A stretch of DNA of 63,772 nt, filler included, from Diploschistes diacapsis (taxonomy: Eukaryota): assembly GCA_023645945.1 (NCBI GenBank). It is 24 parts of 24 records of this genome, joined end to end, with 100 filler letters (N's around TTAATTAATTAA, not from the genome) between each part and the next. Parts side by side here need not be neighbours in the genome. Positions count along the whole stretch, not along the records: positions 37,908 to 56,625 come from JALAIB010000400.1; 23 more parts are not named here. The stretch is one strand, 5' to 3'. Under the pieces are notes generated by a model that did no database searches, was not told where the DNA came from, and saw only the letters and a program-made list of their open reading frames with translations. Shown piece by piece: positions 40,348-53,551 of this stretch (position 1 is its first letter; the number at the start of each line of letters is the position of its first letter). The position numbers and the translations under genes were made by a program.

Positions 40348-41683
40348 CCAATCAGATCAATTATAAACGGTGACACACCGAGATACATCCTTTAACCAAT
40401 CATACACATTATAAACGGTGACTCGTACTCCTCGCCCGAATCCACCAATCATCTTCATTATAAACGGTGACATTGGACAATTCATCTTCCTATTCTTTCA
40501 ATGCACAGAAATCCATCTGTATTCTAATCCAAACCTTTTGCATTGAACACCCCACGCTGCTTATCATATATCTTAAATTATCGTTTCTTCCACTAGACTG
40601 CGAGCATAGTCAGATACTGAATCTATCATTCCGCCATGAATAAAAACTTCCTGAATCATCTTTTCAAACCGCACTATGTAATCTAAGGAATGGTCCCTTC
40701 GACCCAAATGCCATTGCTCCTTACTTATTATCAATATAAGCCTACATTATCTAAATACACAAGAAGATATGTAATAGAAACAGACCAATTCGACAACTAA
40801 ACAATCTATCAAATCCAACAATGCATCAGCAATACCCTCCCAGTAAATTATCTAGCCCGATCAACGTAGAACTGAACCCGCAAATAAACTCTCCCGTCCA
40901 TCTAGATCAGCAAATTCAATGGAAACCAAAGTCACTACAATATCCTAAATAACCAGGCCTATTGATCCGGATCAACAAACTGGTCTACTGGCCATACGAA
41001 CCACATAATACCGACCCAAAGGTCTGCTTACCGATCAGACCTTTTATATCCAGAATCTTTAATATGGCAGATTGTTTTACGCCGGTATCATACCAAATGC
41101 ATTCGCCAAGATCCCCATCACGTTACTGACCAATCAAATTGATTATAAACGGTGACACCCACTCAGGTCTAGTAATTCAGCAATAAACGCTACGCATTAA
41201 ACCCAAACTGCCGTTGAACCTGACTACAATTAAACCAGATCCGGCAAAGATTTTGCAGCGAAGCATAACGCGTACAGCTTACCATATTCTTAATTAATCC
41301 AGCCTGCCTGTCTAGATCAACAAACTCGATAGAAAGCTGTTGGGCCAACGATCCATACATAACAAAACCTGTCGAATCTGATCAGAACACTGAAAAGGGA
41401 TCTCAAATGCTCAGATCATAATGATGTATAAACAGGCTTACTGATCTGGATCAGTAAGGGGACCTAGAAGTCGTAAGAACATTGTAGCACTCATGTATAG
41501 AGTCGCAAGAGTAGAGTTACAGTTATATTCTAGATCCCAGGCTGGCTTGCTGATCCACATCAGCAAGCAACCCTTATAGCCATACTGATAATTGAATCCC
41601 CATCGATCAATTCGTATCTTTTACTAGTCAAGATCCCCATTAAAATTCAATATCAACCAATCAGATTAATTATAAACGGTGAC
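40348..41683 (+). repeat. Five direct repeats CCAATCA-N5-ATTATAAACGGTGAC
   Basis: Copies start at 40348, 40396, 40445, 41130 and 41657; the 7-bp and 15-bp boxes are invariant. Confidence 0.95.
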
Positions 41684-41866
41684 GATAGCGCTTAGTCAGT
41701 TGATCCGAGATAATTTACCAAAAATGCCAAGCTTGTCCCCGAGATTTTCACTGTTATATTCCAAAATTCAAGCTTCAGCATTCAAACAAACCTGATCTTT
41801 TTTTCCCACCTTACTGTTTCCAGCCCAACATCATAAACCATCCACAGTTTTATCAGTTTTATCAGT

Positions 41867-44800
41867 ATGGGCCGCAAACCCAAATCCAAAGAAGAAACTC
41901 GTGCACGGAAGGCTCAAAACCAACGTGACCTTCGTGCGAGAAACAGAAATACAGATCCACATACAGAAGTTATTGACCCCAATACACACGAAGAGGTTGT
42001 AAATTGGGATACGCCCGAAGACCTACCCTTAGCCGAATCATCGTCGAGTGCAACAGTAAGAACCTTGATCGCACCCAGATTGGCCCCATTCCCTGTACGA
42101 AGACCAGCGACTCGATCCCAATCCCGTGAATTAGAACAATATTCTCACGCCCCAATTCCCTCCCCATCATCACCTATACCCGAAATCAATCCCATCTTCT
42201 ATCGTGACCAGCCCAGCGGGGATGGAGCCGATCCTACTCTCCAACGTTCTGTCACAATCATTTCTTCTGATAGCGAGGATTATGAAAGCAGCATCAACGA
42301 GCCCGGTTCGTCATATACAACAGAACTTCGCACCCAACCAAACGACCTAGAAGCTTTGGAAAATTCTCTGCAAGAGTTGAACATTCGCAAGACCCCCGAT
42401 ACTGTTCCCAGCAGGCAGCAGCAAGAGACGGGCTTACCCCCAGAATCCACTACAAACAGCGATACTGCTTACACCTATAACAGCCCTTCGCTGACCCCCC
42501 TCGATCATCCTTCTCGACCCACTCTTGATCACCGACGACCGTCATTGAACCCGGAAGGCCCCGAGCCGGGTTCAGCCGCGCATGAGCCGTTACCGGAGGC
42601 CCATAATATCCCACCCGAGTTGCAAACACCCTTGCTCGTTAATGTCCTTCCTTACGACAACTCGGCGACGGCATCAGATTCCGACATCTCAATCGACGAT
42701 CCCGCCGCGGAATCAGTATCCGGCCCCACAGAACTCGAGGGCATTCACCGCATGAACGATGCACATGATTTCTGGTGTTACTGCGAAAATAACTACTCGG
42801 ACCCGTCCGGTATACCAATCATAGAGCCCGACGGTTCCACCAATCGAGAAGCTTTCACTAGTTTCAGCACCATTGGACAACGGTGGCAAGCAAGCTTTGA
42901 CCACTATGCTTCAGAAACTGCAGGGTCGAGACCACTTGCTTCAGAAGGTACATTTTTGAGACAAGCCAGCAACAACTATGGATATAACATCCAATGGAAC
43001 GATCTACTGTCCGATCAGTACAAAGGATCTTCTCTGCCTCCTCTCAGCACACGTTTAATACAAGAAGAGGCCGCTAGAATAATCCTATCCAGATTTCCTA
43101 CAGGACCGTTCCTCCAGACCGAACACGACGTTGACAGCCATTTCTTCAGTCTTCGCACGCTCGCGGCCCACAAAGGCGGTTTCGAACTCAGCTACTACCC
43201 TAAGTTCAATCAACGCATTACTCAGAACCCTCGCATCAAATTCGGAGGCATCCTTATTCACAAACACAAACAATTGCGACTGGGCAAAGGCACATTGGCT
43301 TCGGGTTGCGGTTTTCAATGTCATATTATCTTCCCGGAAATGCCCGTCACCAAAACCCACGAGGTCGACCGGGTGGAAAAAACCTGGGATCTCGAGACGC
43401 ACCTGAGCAACTACGAACTCGGACACTTTATCGATGACATGGTATTACCGGCACTCCGGGAGAGCTACTCCGATGGTGTTTTACAACACCATCCAAGAAA
43501 TTTTGAAGAGGTGTTAACCAAGGCCCGAATTAAAAAGGAAACGGTCCTTAAAGAAGACAGTAATGCCTTGGAACCACGCTACCATTTACCCGAGCATGGG
43601 TTGGGTACGTTCTGGGGGGCGCTTCAACGGCGTTGCAACGAATTCGAAGAACGACAGGTTGATACCACTCGAATCCGCCGCTATCGAAATCCATTGTTAA
43701 TAGTATCCGGACATGACCTTAAACTCCATACAAAAAGCATGGATCAGCGTATTACTCGACAATTATATTTTGATCTCCTTGACCGAGGTTTCTATACCGA
43801 CGATGATCATGTCGTTCGTGATGACTGGTGGCTGGATGAAGGATGGGAACATTTTCCCACCAGCTCAGACGGCATTTCTTTCATTTTTAAAGCCTGTTGC
43901 GTTGACGCCTGGGCTGAGGCCTGGAAACCGAACACTGGAAATACAACGATCAAAAAACAAACCTTCCATTTCGCGGGACTCAAAGCCTTGGGTTCGATCT
44001 CGGTGGAACTCGGACAGCACAACGGGTTCCGAAAAAGCCAAAGCTGCCGCTTCGCCTATGGTAAAGCTTATAATTCCATCAAAGATCAGTTCACCACGCA
44101 GATGAAAAACAACCACCCCTTTGAACACCCCGCATTAACCCAGCTTGCTTTGGATCAAACCATTCTCGATCAGAAAGCGGCCAACAACGGGTTATTAACA
44201 GCGAGCGGTCAAGCCGGGAATCTAAAGGTCCAAAGAACGGCACTCGTCGCCATCCTTAAGCTAACGAAACAACGGCTCCGGGCCGCCCTTCGAGCGACCG
44301 TAGACACTAATTTTGGTATTAGGGGAGAGATGCGCAAACACGTCGATTCATACTTAACCGCCGAGTTTCTACCACCCGGGGACAAATACGACCTTCGCCC
44401 CATCCTTGAACAACTGGCCAAGGGCGAACACGGTAAGATCCAAAGCCACTACCGTAAAGATCGCAAAATAAGCTAATCCTGATTCTTAGACGCTGCGCAG
44501 CATCTCTCTTTCGTTATTATTCCCACTGATTTAATCAATCGCTTTCAGCAGGACCAGATTGACCGCTGGCTCCTCCCGATAGAGTATTTCGACGATCAGG
44601 CACGGCCACGTTCCACCCTGAAAGCTGTCGAGGTCGAGCAGCAGCGACAGAACAATCTCTCCCTGCAAATTGCGTTGAAGATCCTAAGGGCCATCACCTG
44701 CAGCGACCTTATGACCACGCTGCATTGTTCTCCACTCCTTTGGCGCGGGAATACAAAATGCTATCATTATAAAAATGTTGCCGATCGTGAAGAATGCACG

Positions 44801-46009
44801 CGTAAGCATAAAGGGCTGAATCTGGAAAATGCGTGGAAAACAACAGGCATACTTTGCCTTCCCCATCAAATCATGCGCTGGAATATCCCGGCCCTCACGG
44901 ATTCCCACGCAAGAATACTCCGGCCTCGTGCCCTGGATCCGCGCGGCAAACCCTGGCGGACGGTGATGCTCGACGCAACTGCTCGCAAGGAGGACCGAAC
45001 GCGGAGACACATGCGCAACCTAATCGTCAACGCGGGCAGCGACTGGCAGACGAACGACGCCATCACATCCATTCAGCACGCGAAGGAGGGGCAGGTAGAT
45101 CGTGTCAAAGTTCTAGAAACCCTGGCGCAGTTGCTTGTCCAGGCATACATCAGGGATGTCGTCGACCAGGTCCTCCTCAAACGCGCCTTGGAAGAGGAAG
45201 GAGCCGGGACAGGGCACCGCCAACGGATGCTCCTCCGGGAACAGCTTCGGCCGGACTTTGTCAACGGCCTCGAAGCGATGACGGTGACCCAACTTCGACC
45301 GCTGTGCAATGAGCCCTATATCATCTGTGTCCGGGCAATGCCGCGCCATGGAGTGTCCAAGTTCGACAACGACGGCACCTGGACGAAACGGTTGTACCAC
45401 CTTTTCGATGTCCAGCCGCGAGGGCAGGGCAAGGCCCCTGCCTGGGATAATTACCATTTCCGGCGGAGGACAAGGGACATTATGAACCTCATCCGCGAGG
45501 AGATTGGGCCTGATGTCGAAGACGCGTTCGCTCAACATACATTACCTCGTGTCGCCGCACAATTCATCTGGATAGCACCCGCATATGAAATGGATAAGTT
45601 CGCTCCTTTAGAGAAGCCGAGCAAGCACAATTCCGACATGACGCGGCAGGCCATCGGAGACCGCTCAACGCTGGAACGCACAAAGTGGATGGCGCCTACC
45701 TGGGGAGACTGGGTCAGTGCGGTAATGCGACTCCGGGCATCGGAGGTGCATCGCGATTGGGACAATAAAAGATGCCCGATGTTACCACCGAAGCTCGCCA
45801 AGCAACTATACCAGATGTATTCTATGCCACTGAAAGCCCGAGACACCGAACCCAAGGGAGGCCCTTATACCGAACCCTGGTGGCCATCCGTGGTCAAGCT
45901 GGGCGGCAAGTTGGTGCTGGCAAAGGCGTTCCAGGAGCAGGTGGAGGATTCCGATGAAGGATCTGTTGACAACGAATCAACCGACGATACTGACGAGATT
46001 GACGAATAG
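41867..46009 (+). CDS. Large hypothetical protein, ~1361 aa (disordered N-terminus plus a globular core of unknown function)
   Basis: ORFs 41867-44476 and 44675-46009 are in the same frame and join through a 57-nt GT-AG intron 44433-44489 (GCTAAT branch) that removes the stop. Confidence 0.85.
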
Positions 46010-48262
46010 CCCTGCAGCAAGTTAAAAAGGGAGGAGTCAATCAGTAGCTGCTGCGTTGCCCACCCGTTGCCCGTTTGCTGGACTTGGAGACTTGCCGTGC
46101 GAGCCCGGTAGCCGTGCTTGCTGATCTGGATCGACAGACAAGACGGGTTCGACAAAGCCACCCTGCCGCTCATCCCTGGTCGGGTCAGTTTACAGGATAG
46201 ATATTTTTTTCAGGAATTGTTTGTAGGATATCTTAACATCCCATTAAGCGGGTGCATTTCCCCGTTAATAAGATCGTGATTACAAGGCCGCTGCCCTTAA
46301 GGACCTGCCTTATATGGGTTTCAATAGTATCAACTGTACCCATGGGGAGGATAATGCCTAGCACTGTCAGCAACTTCAATATAGCGCGATCGGGTTTGAT
46401 CAGCACCCCAATCAGGGCTTTTGGGGCGAGCTTATTGATCTAGATCAGCAAGGCCACCTATCAGGAACGGTCTGTAAGTAAGAGATCCTTGCTGATCCGG
46501 ATCAATAAGGCCACGATAGGAGTCAACCAATTGACCATGGCCACGGCCCAGCCATAAATAGAATTTAAAACACCGTAAAACTAATCAGGCTAATTGTGGT
46601 ATTCAGTGTTTAATAACACGATCAGTTGGCCCAGGAACAGGATTAAGACAGTCAATGATTGAGCAGCATCGGGCCATATAAGGCCCAGCATTATAAAATT
46701 ATTCGCAATGTTAGGTGTTGTGGATGGCCATCCAGAAGTTAATTAGAGCAGTTTAGTTATTTAATCAACCTTTAATATGATGCTAAGTGAAATAACGCTG
46801 TTTATATGGATCGGTGTATCCTCCACGTGAGTTGGATTGAAAATGATATATTGTTAAAGTTATTTATATCGGTCTGATTAAATGTTTGCTTTTTCCTATT
46901 GTATGAATATGGGCATAGATCTTATTAATATACGAGTTGTTGTTTACGTGACTTCACCAATTTCATTATTAAAGTATGTATAAGAAAGTAGACCATGACG
47001 GGTAGAGCATTGGATCATATTAGCGTTGAGTGTAGCGACCGTGAGCGCTGCGAGTCTGGGGAAGAAATGTGTAAGACTGCGACACTCACATACAAGCAAA
47101 GTCAGATGAACTTCAAGTAGAGACTGAGAATGAACCCTTTGCCGCATATCTTGGACAGAAGATGCACTGGGCAGGACTTGAAGTGTATCAGCTTCACGTC
47201 GAGGCCGCGCAGCATGACTGGGAGAGTCGTGGGACAGGAAGCACTAGTAGAAAGGTCCAACACGCCCTTACTGATCAGGATCAGCAAGGCGGCCTAGGTC
47301 AGCGCTTGGTCCATGCACCTAGAGTATCGAGCTCGGATCCATGGTGATTGACACAACAACCGCACAAGGGTTGGTGGGTCGGATTCTTAAAGGCAGGACC
47401 CCGAGTATTTATTGAAGGATGAACTGCACCAGATAGTGTAGACCCTCATATCAATTAGTTTGCATCAATGCACCTATACTATGTGCTGGAGAGATGACCA
47501 TAATAATGTCATATGTGAGGTTCATGGATTTAAAAACAGCCACTTAACCATGCCTATACCCGAGCATAATTATAACCAGATGTATACACCCCAATGGCAC
47601 TATGCCAATCATACAATATAGAGCTTTTACTGAGAGATTATTAACATTGCTCTTGGTCATAAATAAAGGACACATGCCTGACCATGCACAGCAAATCATC
47701 CTCATAGCGCCTGTACTGAGATTACCACCATTGATCTTGTCTTCAAACGTCAAATTGTATGAGCAAACCAGCAAGCATGAGGGTCAATTACTATCTATGC
47801 CTACTGATCTGGATCAATAAGCTTTGTCCGCTGTGGTTGCTCGGCTAGGGCTTGTTCAGCAAGCTAACCGTTTTTGGCTGCTTTTTGCCAAGCTTTTAAG
47901 CCCCCTTTAACTTTCTGTGGTCCCAGAAGCATTGATACTGTCTTGTCTACACCTTTCGCAATCTCTCCATGTGTTAGACTATATCAAATCCAAATAACGT
48001 GTGCCTGACGTGCCACGAGGTGAGTCACCACTCAGCCCCGTAGGGCCGTGTGGATTATATATATCTTCCCCCCTCCCTCTTTTCTTCTTTTTTTTCATTT
48101 TGCTTCTTCAACTTTACATCTCCCCCTTGTTGCTCTTTTTGCTGTGGCTCCTGCCTTTGCCCTCGTCTCTCCTTGTCTCCGCGACCGCTTGCTGAACCAG
48201 ATCGGTAAGCGCATCTCCCGGCCTTTAGGAACCACTAACCTGCCTCTGACGGTTGGCAGTCC

Positions 48263-51200
48263 ATGAGCAGAGCTGCAATCACCATGTCTGATGCCGATGA
48301 CTCTTCGAATTTGTCTTCCTGCAGCGAACCCTCGGGTTCGCTCTCCCGCGGTGAGGGCGAGTCTGATGGGGGAGCTGCAGTTCTTGGCAATTTCCGGATG
48401 GTTAAGTTCAGTGGAAGCGGCGTGATCCTTGATGCCATTTACTGGGGTATATCACTCAAAAATCCCAAGAAGATGGACGACAACAACGCAAAAGCCGCGC
48501 TCGCCTCCTACCTGGGCCTGGCTGAGTATGGTGATCTGAACGACCTCTTCCAGGATGCTGGGCTTGCCTCCTTCTGTCAGGCAGCGCGTAATGAAAAGAG
48601 TAAGAAGTTTGGACTTGACATAACAAAGTTTCCCCCGGAGAAGATGGGATTCCTCCTTCAGCACCATCTCTACCCCATGAAGGATGCCCACCATTATCTC
48701 AGCAATGTCCCTATCCCTATCCCGGACGACCAGTACCCGGATTGGTTCAGCAAAATAACAAGCGAGGTTGCACTGTGCAAGTGAGTCAGCGAAGCTGGGG
48801 CGAAGTTGTGGTTTTGAATTTTCCATGCAATTTCTAACAGTGTGCGGTGGGCATGCCATCCACTGTTGTTCAGCGTTGCTTTTTCAAATTTATAATACAT
48901 GTTCTTTTCCTGTTTTCCTGCAACAGCCCCTTGTAACATTAAACTCGCCCAACGGCCAACAGTACCCTGTCCAGCCAACTTCCATGGATTCCCCTATAAG
49001 TGGCTCTCCACACGCAGCCCTACCGATCTGGATCACTAAGCACATTTTTTATGTTTCTAGAGTCCAAGTCCCCTGGGTAGGCAGCGATAGCCACCCTTGC
49101 TGATCCGGATCAATAAGCCCCATTCCATGTTTCTAGAGTTTAAGCCCCTTGGGTAGACAGCACTAGCCATCCTTGTTGATGTGGATCAGCAAGGGCGTCT
49201 AGTGCCGCGCCCGTAAGATTTCCGTCTCTTTCTGCGTTGATTATAGGGCCCACCTTGCCGCATCTGTGGCTGACTGTTTCAGGTATTGGTTGAACGTTCT
49301 TGCCCAGGCCTACCAACTCTACCAACTAAGACCTGATATCTTTGAGAAGAAGGCTCCATTGGACGTGCGTGTTGGTCATGTAAAGATTGAGGATCTTTGG
49401 CGGTGTATCTGCTTCATCACAGCCAGCGCTCGAACAACTGCCGGGAAACGTAAGCAGAATAAAACTCTCGAACCGGTGCAGTGGGAGAGGTTGTACGATG
49501 GTTCGTCCAGCCAGCAGTCGCATAGTTTGGCACCAGCAAGAGCCGGACACCGCTTGCCCAAGGACTTTGCATATCGCCAGGCTGGGGACCCATTGCCCTC
49601 AACAATCCCAGATGGAAAGGACCAGGCCTACTCTTTCGGTGAGCAGTTCTATGGGAAGAACGCTCAGGGCATGATCCAGATTGGGAATCGTCCACTTCCC
49701 TCTGCACTTGAATATCAATTGCTGCAGACCTATTTCCTCAGCAACACCAACGTCATTGTAAGGGGCGGGACCTCTGTGGATGAGGAGGCGATCCCAGCAT
49801 TCAAGGGTGTTAAGCTGGATGATCCAGCTCTGAACAACAACAACTCCCGTTTCGGTGAGGGTGTGAGACTTGCAGCAAATATGGAAGATGAAGGAAATGT
49901 AGATCCAACTAAACTACACGATGTCGACCTAACGGAGGTCGGGTAGGCGCCCTTGTTGATCCAGATCAGTAAGGGCATCTAGGGCTAACAAATGCAGAAA
50001 CTATGCATCAAACTCAATATCAGCTATCGCGCCTGACTATGAAGCCGCCTGCATCCGTCTTCAGTGTGGATATCCTAATCCCAAGATCTATAATACAGAA
50101 CTCAAGGACATGCAGCCCGCTGGCGTCACCTTCCTCATCGACCGCGTGATGGATGGCGTCGTCCCACTGACCAACTTGGCAGATGATTGCGGTTCCGGGA
50201 AGACGTTTACCATACTGCTCACCATAGACCGAATTAGCCGTCTTGGTCGTATGAAGACTATGCACCGGCCATCCATGATTGTGGTGCCTGCAACAATCCT
50301 TGTGACCTGGTTGCAGCAGATCAAGCAGCACTTCCCACAAAATCATTTTACTGTATACCGTTACTACCAGGGCTCAAAGTCACCGTTGGACAATCAGTAC
50401 GGTGTGCAAGGTGTTGATTCGCGCGAGACCCTCCTCAAAACTGCCAGAACCCTTGACCCCAAAGACTCCCAGACTTCACGCACTATCTTCATCACAAGCT
50501 ACCACACCCACAATGCCCGCCAAGGACCCCCGGAGCTTGATTTCAAATTCCTACTGCTCGTTGCCGACGAAGCCACCCAGGCCAAGAACACGCTTACCCA
50601 AACCAGCCAGAGTTTGCAGGAAATCCAAGCCGAACATGTCATATATAGTTCCGCCACGCCAATCCTCAACACTGCTAAGGATGCTTTGGGCTTCCTTGTT
50701 CTACTCAATCGACCCATGCACGCTCGCAACAAGGGACTTCGGAGTTTTATTGAAAAGTCACCCCCCAAACTCAATGACTACATGGTGAATGAGCAGTTGT
50801 ATCAGGAACGGGTCTCGGCTGGATTGAAGTACAGGGAATCCAGGATTAATGAACAGAATCGCGGGCTGATGGGGAAGGCCACCGATGCTGCCTTTGTTCG
50901 CCATGACCTACGGCTACTCGATCTCGATACAGTGGCAAAGTTCTTTCACTCGAACACTCTTACGGTAGATGAGGCGGAGCATATCCTGCATGTCGTCACT
51001 CGTATGACAACATTGAGGCGCACTTTTGGCAGCAAGATTGACAAGGGCTCAGCGTTCGAGGCCGGCACCAGGATCGCGATTCTTGGTGCTGGAATCCCCC
51101 CGACGCATGTCCATACTGTTGAGCTGGGCCAGAATGAGAACGAAAGGGACATGTTCATGAAGCATTACCACCTGATGTTTGAGCAGCGGCAGATGGGAAA

Positions 51201-52823
51201 GTCCAGGACGCAGGACGGTGCAGATGATGATAACACCCCTCATGTAAATCACACGGTTGAACGGGCCCTGCAGGTAGCAACATTTGATCCAAGCAACTGG
51301 ACGCTGGATGCCTTCATCGAAATGGCGAGCCAAATCCGCAAGGCGACCAAGGAGAAGGATGACATGGAGAAGGATCCCAGGCAAAAGAGCGTTCAAGACT
51401 ACCCCCTTCCCGAAGAATGGCTTCGTGATTTCGACATCGATGACTACACTCACGGCCTCCGGGCATATTTGCATCTCAAACGCAAGGAGCCTGGCTACAC
51501 CCCCCCTCTCTCGCGTGTGGATTGTGTGAAGGAGCTCACGGCAACATCTGCCAAGTTGAGGTACCTTGGCGCAAAGCTGCTACTACATAAGATGAACACC
51601 AAGAAGGTAAATGGAGAGGCGCTTCCCGATCCCCAGCGTGCAATTGCTTATTTCCAATGGCCCGTGGATCTCTACCTTGCCGAGGCTATGTGCAGCAACC
51701 TCGGTCTCAAGGTAAGCTTATTGATCCGGATCAGCAAGGCTGTCTACTGACTCTCCTTCAGGCCTACTCGATCCGTGGCGATCTTTCAACCGAAGCGCGG
51801 ATGGTATGCTGCAAGAAGTTCACTACTGATGAGAGTCCGGATGCGCCTGATGTGCTCCTAATACAGTCTTCCATTGGAGCATACGGACTCAACCTCCACG
51901 GCCTCTGCAATCATCTTTATGTCGTTGAGTTGCCACTGAACTATTATATCTTGATCCAGATTCTCGGCCGGCTACATCGAGAGGGGCAGCTGCTACCGCA
52001 ACATGTGGAGTTGATTACTGAGGACAGAACTTGGGACTATCATCTGCAATTTAACATTACCAGCAAGGCAATGCCCATCATAGCTGGGATGGAGGGCTTC
52101 ATCGCACCGTCGTCCGCCGAGGAGGTTCTGAACTGCGAAGAAGAGCACCAGAGGAAGCTGTGGGCCGTCGAGGAGACGATCCGCCGTCGTCTTGGCCAGG
52201 CTGAGTCAAGGGCCTACTGGAATGAAGCAAAGACCTTCAAAAAAAAATATTCATACACCGGAGCTCCTGACAGCCTAGGCCCGGTCCAGCGCCGTAGGTT
52301 GCAAAAGGAGGCGAGGGAGCGGGAGATCGAAGCCAAGAAGGATGTGTACCGCAAGGTAGAACGCGTTCGCAGTCAGCACGTGAAGGAGCTGGAACAGGAG
52401 CGAATGAATCGCCAAGCAGAGTCTCGGAGAAAGGCAAAGGAGACACGTAAGTGAAATTCCGGGCACTTTGATCTCTCCGCTAACTGTATCCAGGCCAAAG
52501 AAATACAGCATCCTCCACCAGTAGGTCTTTGGCAGGCTAAACGGACATCAAACATTAACAATGCTAATGTTTCTGCAGACTCCACACCCAACAAGAACGC
52601 CACGGCGCAGCCCGGTAAAGGCAAGGGAAAACGTCCGAGCAGTGAGTTACTGACTGCTTCCTCCTCAGACCCAGCTGATATGATAGGCACAACCAATCCT
52701 AACTTGGTCGATGAAGATGGTCAGAGTGATAATTCTACGCTCGGCGGTGAGGTTGGTGAAGGTTCGGCCCAGAAGAGGCCCAGAAGAAATAGAAAAGAGC
52801 CAAATCGCTACGGACAGGCCTGA
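48263..52823 (+). CDS. Divergent SNF2-family ATPase/helicase, multi-exon
   Basis: LADDCGSGKT (I), IVVPATILVTW (Ia), LLVADEAT (II), SATPILN (III), GLNL (V), QILGRLHREGQ (VI). Introns 49943-49997, 51712-51761, 52447-52493, 52521-52578 and 52642-52686 keep the frame to TGA at 52823. Exon structure between 48781 and 49246 is unresolved, so 48263-48784 may be a separate gene. Confidence 0.85.
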
Positions 52824-53249
52824 AGGTCCCGAACATGGCGGATGTGCAGGGGGGGTTGGGTCAACTTTGATTGAGATACCAGCATGGCGTTGGTGGCAGG
52901 ATGGCAGGGGTCGATCCCAGTATCTATCTAGACCAGTCACATCAATACATTGTTAACTCCTGGCCCCCGTGCATTGGGCATGGTGATTGGTGTCGGTACA
53001 TCTTGCCAATACGAGTCAATAGACCAGGAAGCTTAGGGTCCACGAAGAAAAGCTGCAGCCCTGGCCGGCCGTCTCACCGCGGTTTAGTCGTCTGGCAGGG
53101 GGTTGCAGCTTTCCTTCGTGGATTCGGCAAGGGGCTGCGGTTCGGTCCGGCTGGGAAGTGTTGTCGAGGTAAGTGGGCATCCATTGGATTCGCAATCATT
53201 CTTGTCTCACTCAAGCTTCCTTATGGCAGATGTTTAGGATCTTCCTTCC

Positions 53250-53372
53250 TTTTCATCTTCATCTTCCTCCATCTTCTTTCACCTTGCATCTTCATCCTCC
53301 ATCTTATTTATTCCTTCATCTTCATCTTTTATCCTCATCCTTCATCCTTTATCTTCATCCTTCTTTCGTCTT
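53250..53372 (+). repeat. Degenerate (TTCATC)n pyrimidine-rich tract
   Basis: Repeated TCTTCATC/TTCATCC units upstream of the exonuclease gene. Confidence 0.7.
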
Positions 53373-53551
53373 CACACTTACACTCTCCAGAGCCATAGTG
53401 CCATTTACGACACTTAAGTTCCGGGCCAAACTTTTCTCTGTCCTTTAATTCTCAGTAAGTCTTCCATCATCCGCTTAATAATCATTCTTCTGTAGCCAGG
53501 CTTACTGACCCGAGTCAGTAAGCCTCTCTACCAGTGCAAGTGCCCGCGAAG

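Noticed and set aside
40348..40471. CRISPR-like repeat-spacer appearance of the 27-bp repeats
   Set aside because: Only three copies are evenly spaced, the repeat has a variable interior, the context is eukaryotic with introns, and there are no cas genes.
52871..53448. Hydrophobic or His-rich ORFs between SNF2 and the exonuclease
   Set aside because: They arise from the (TTCATC)n tract and have non-ATG starts.
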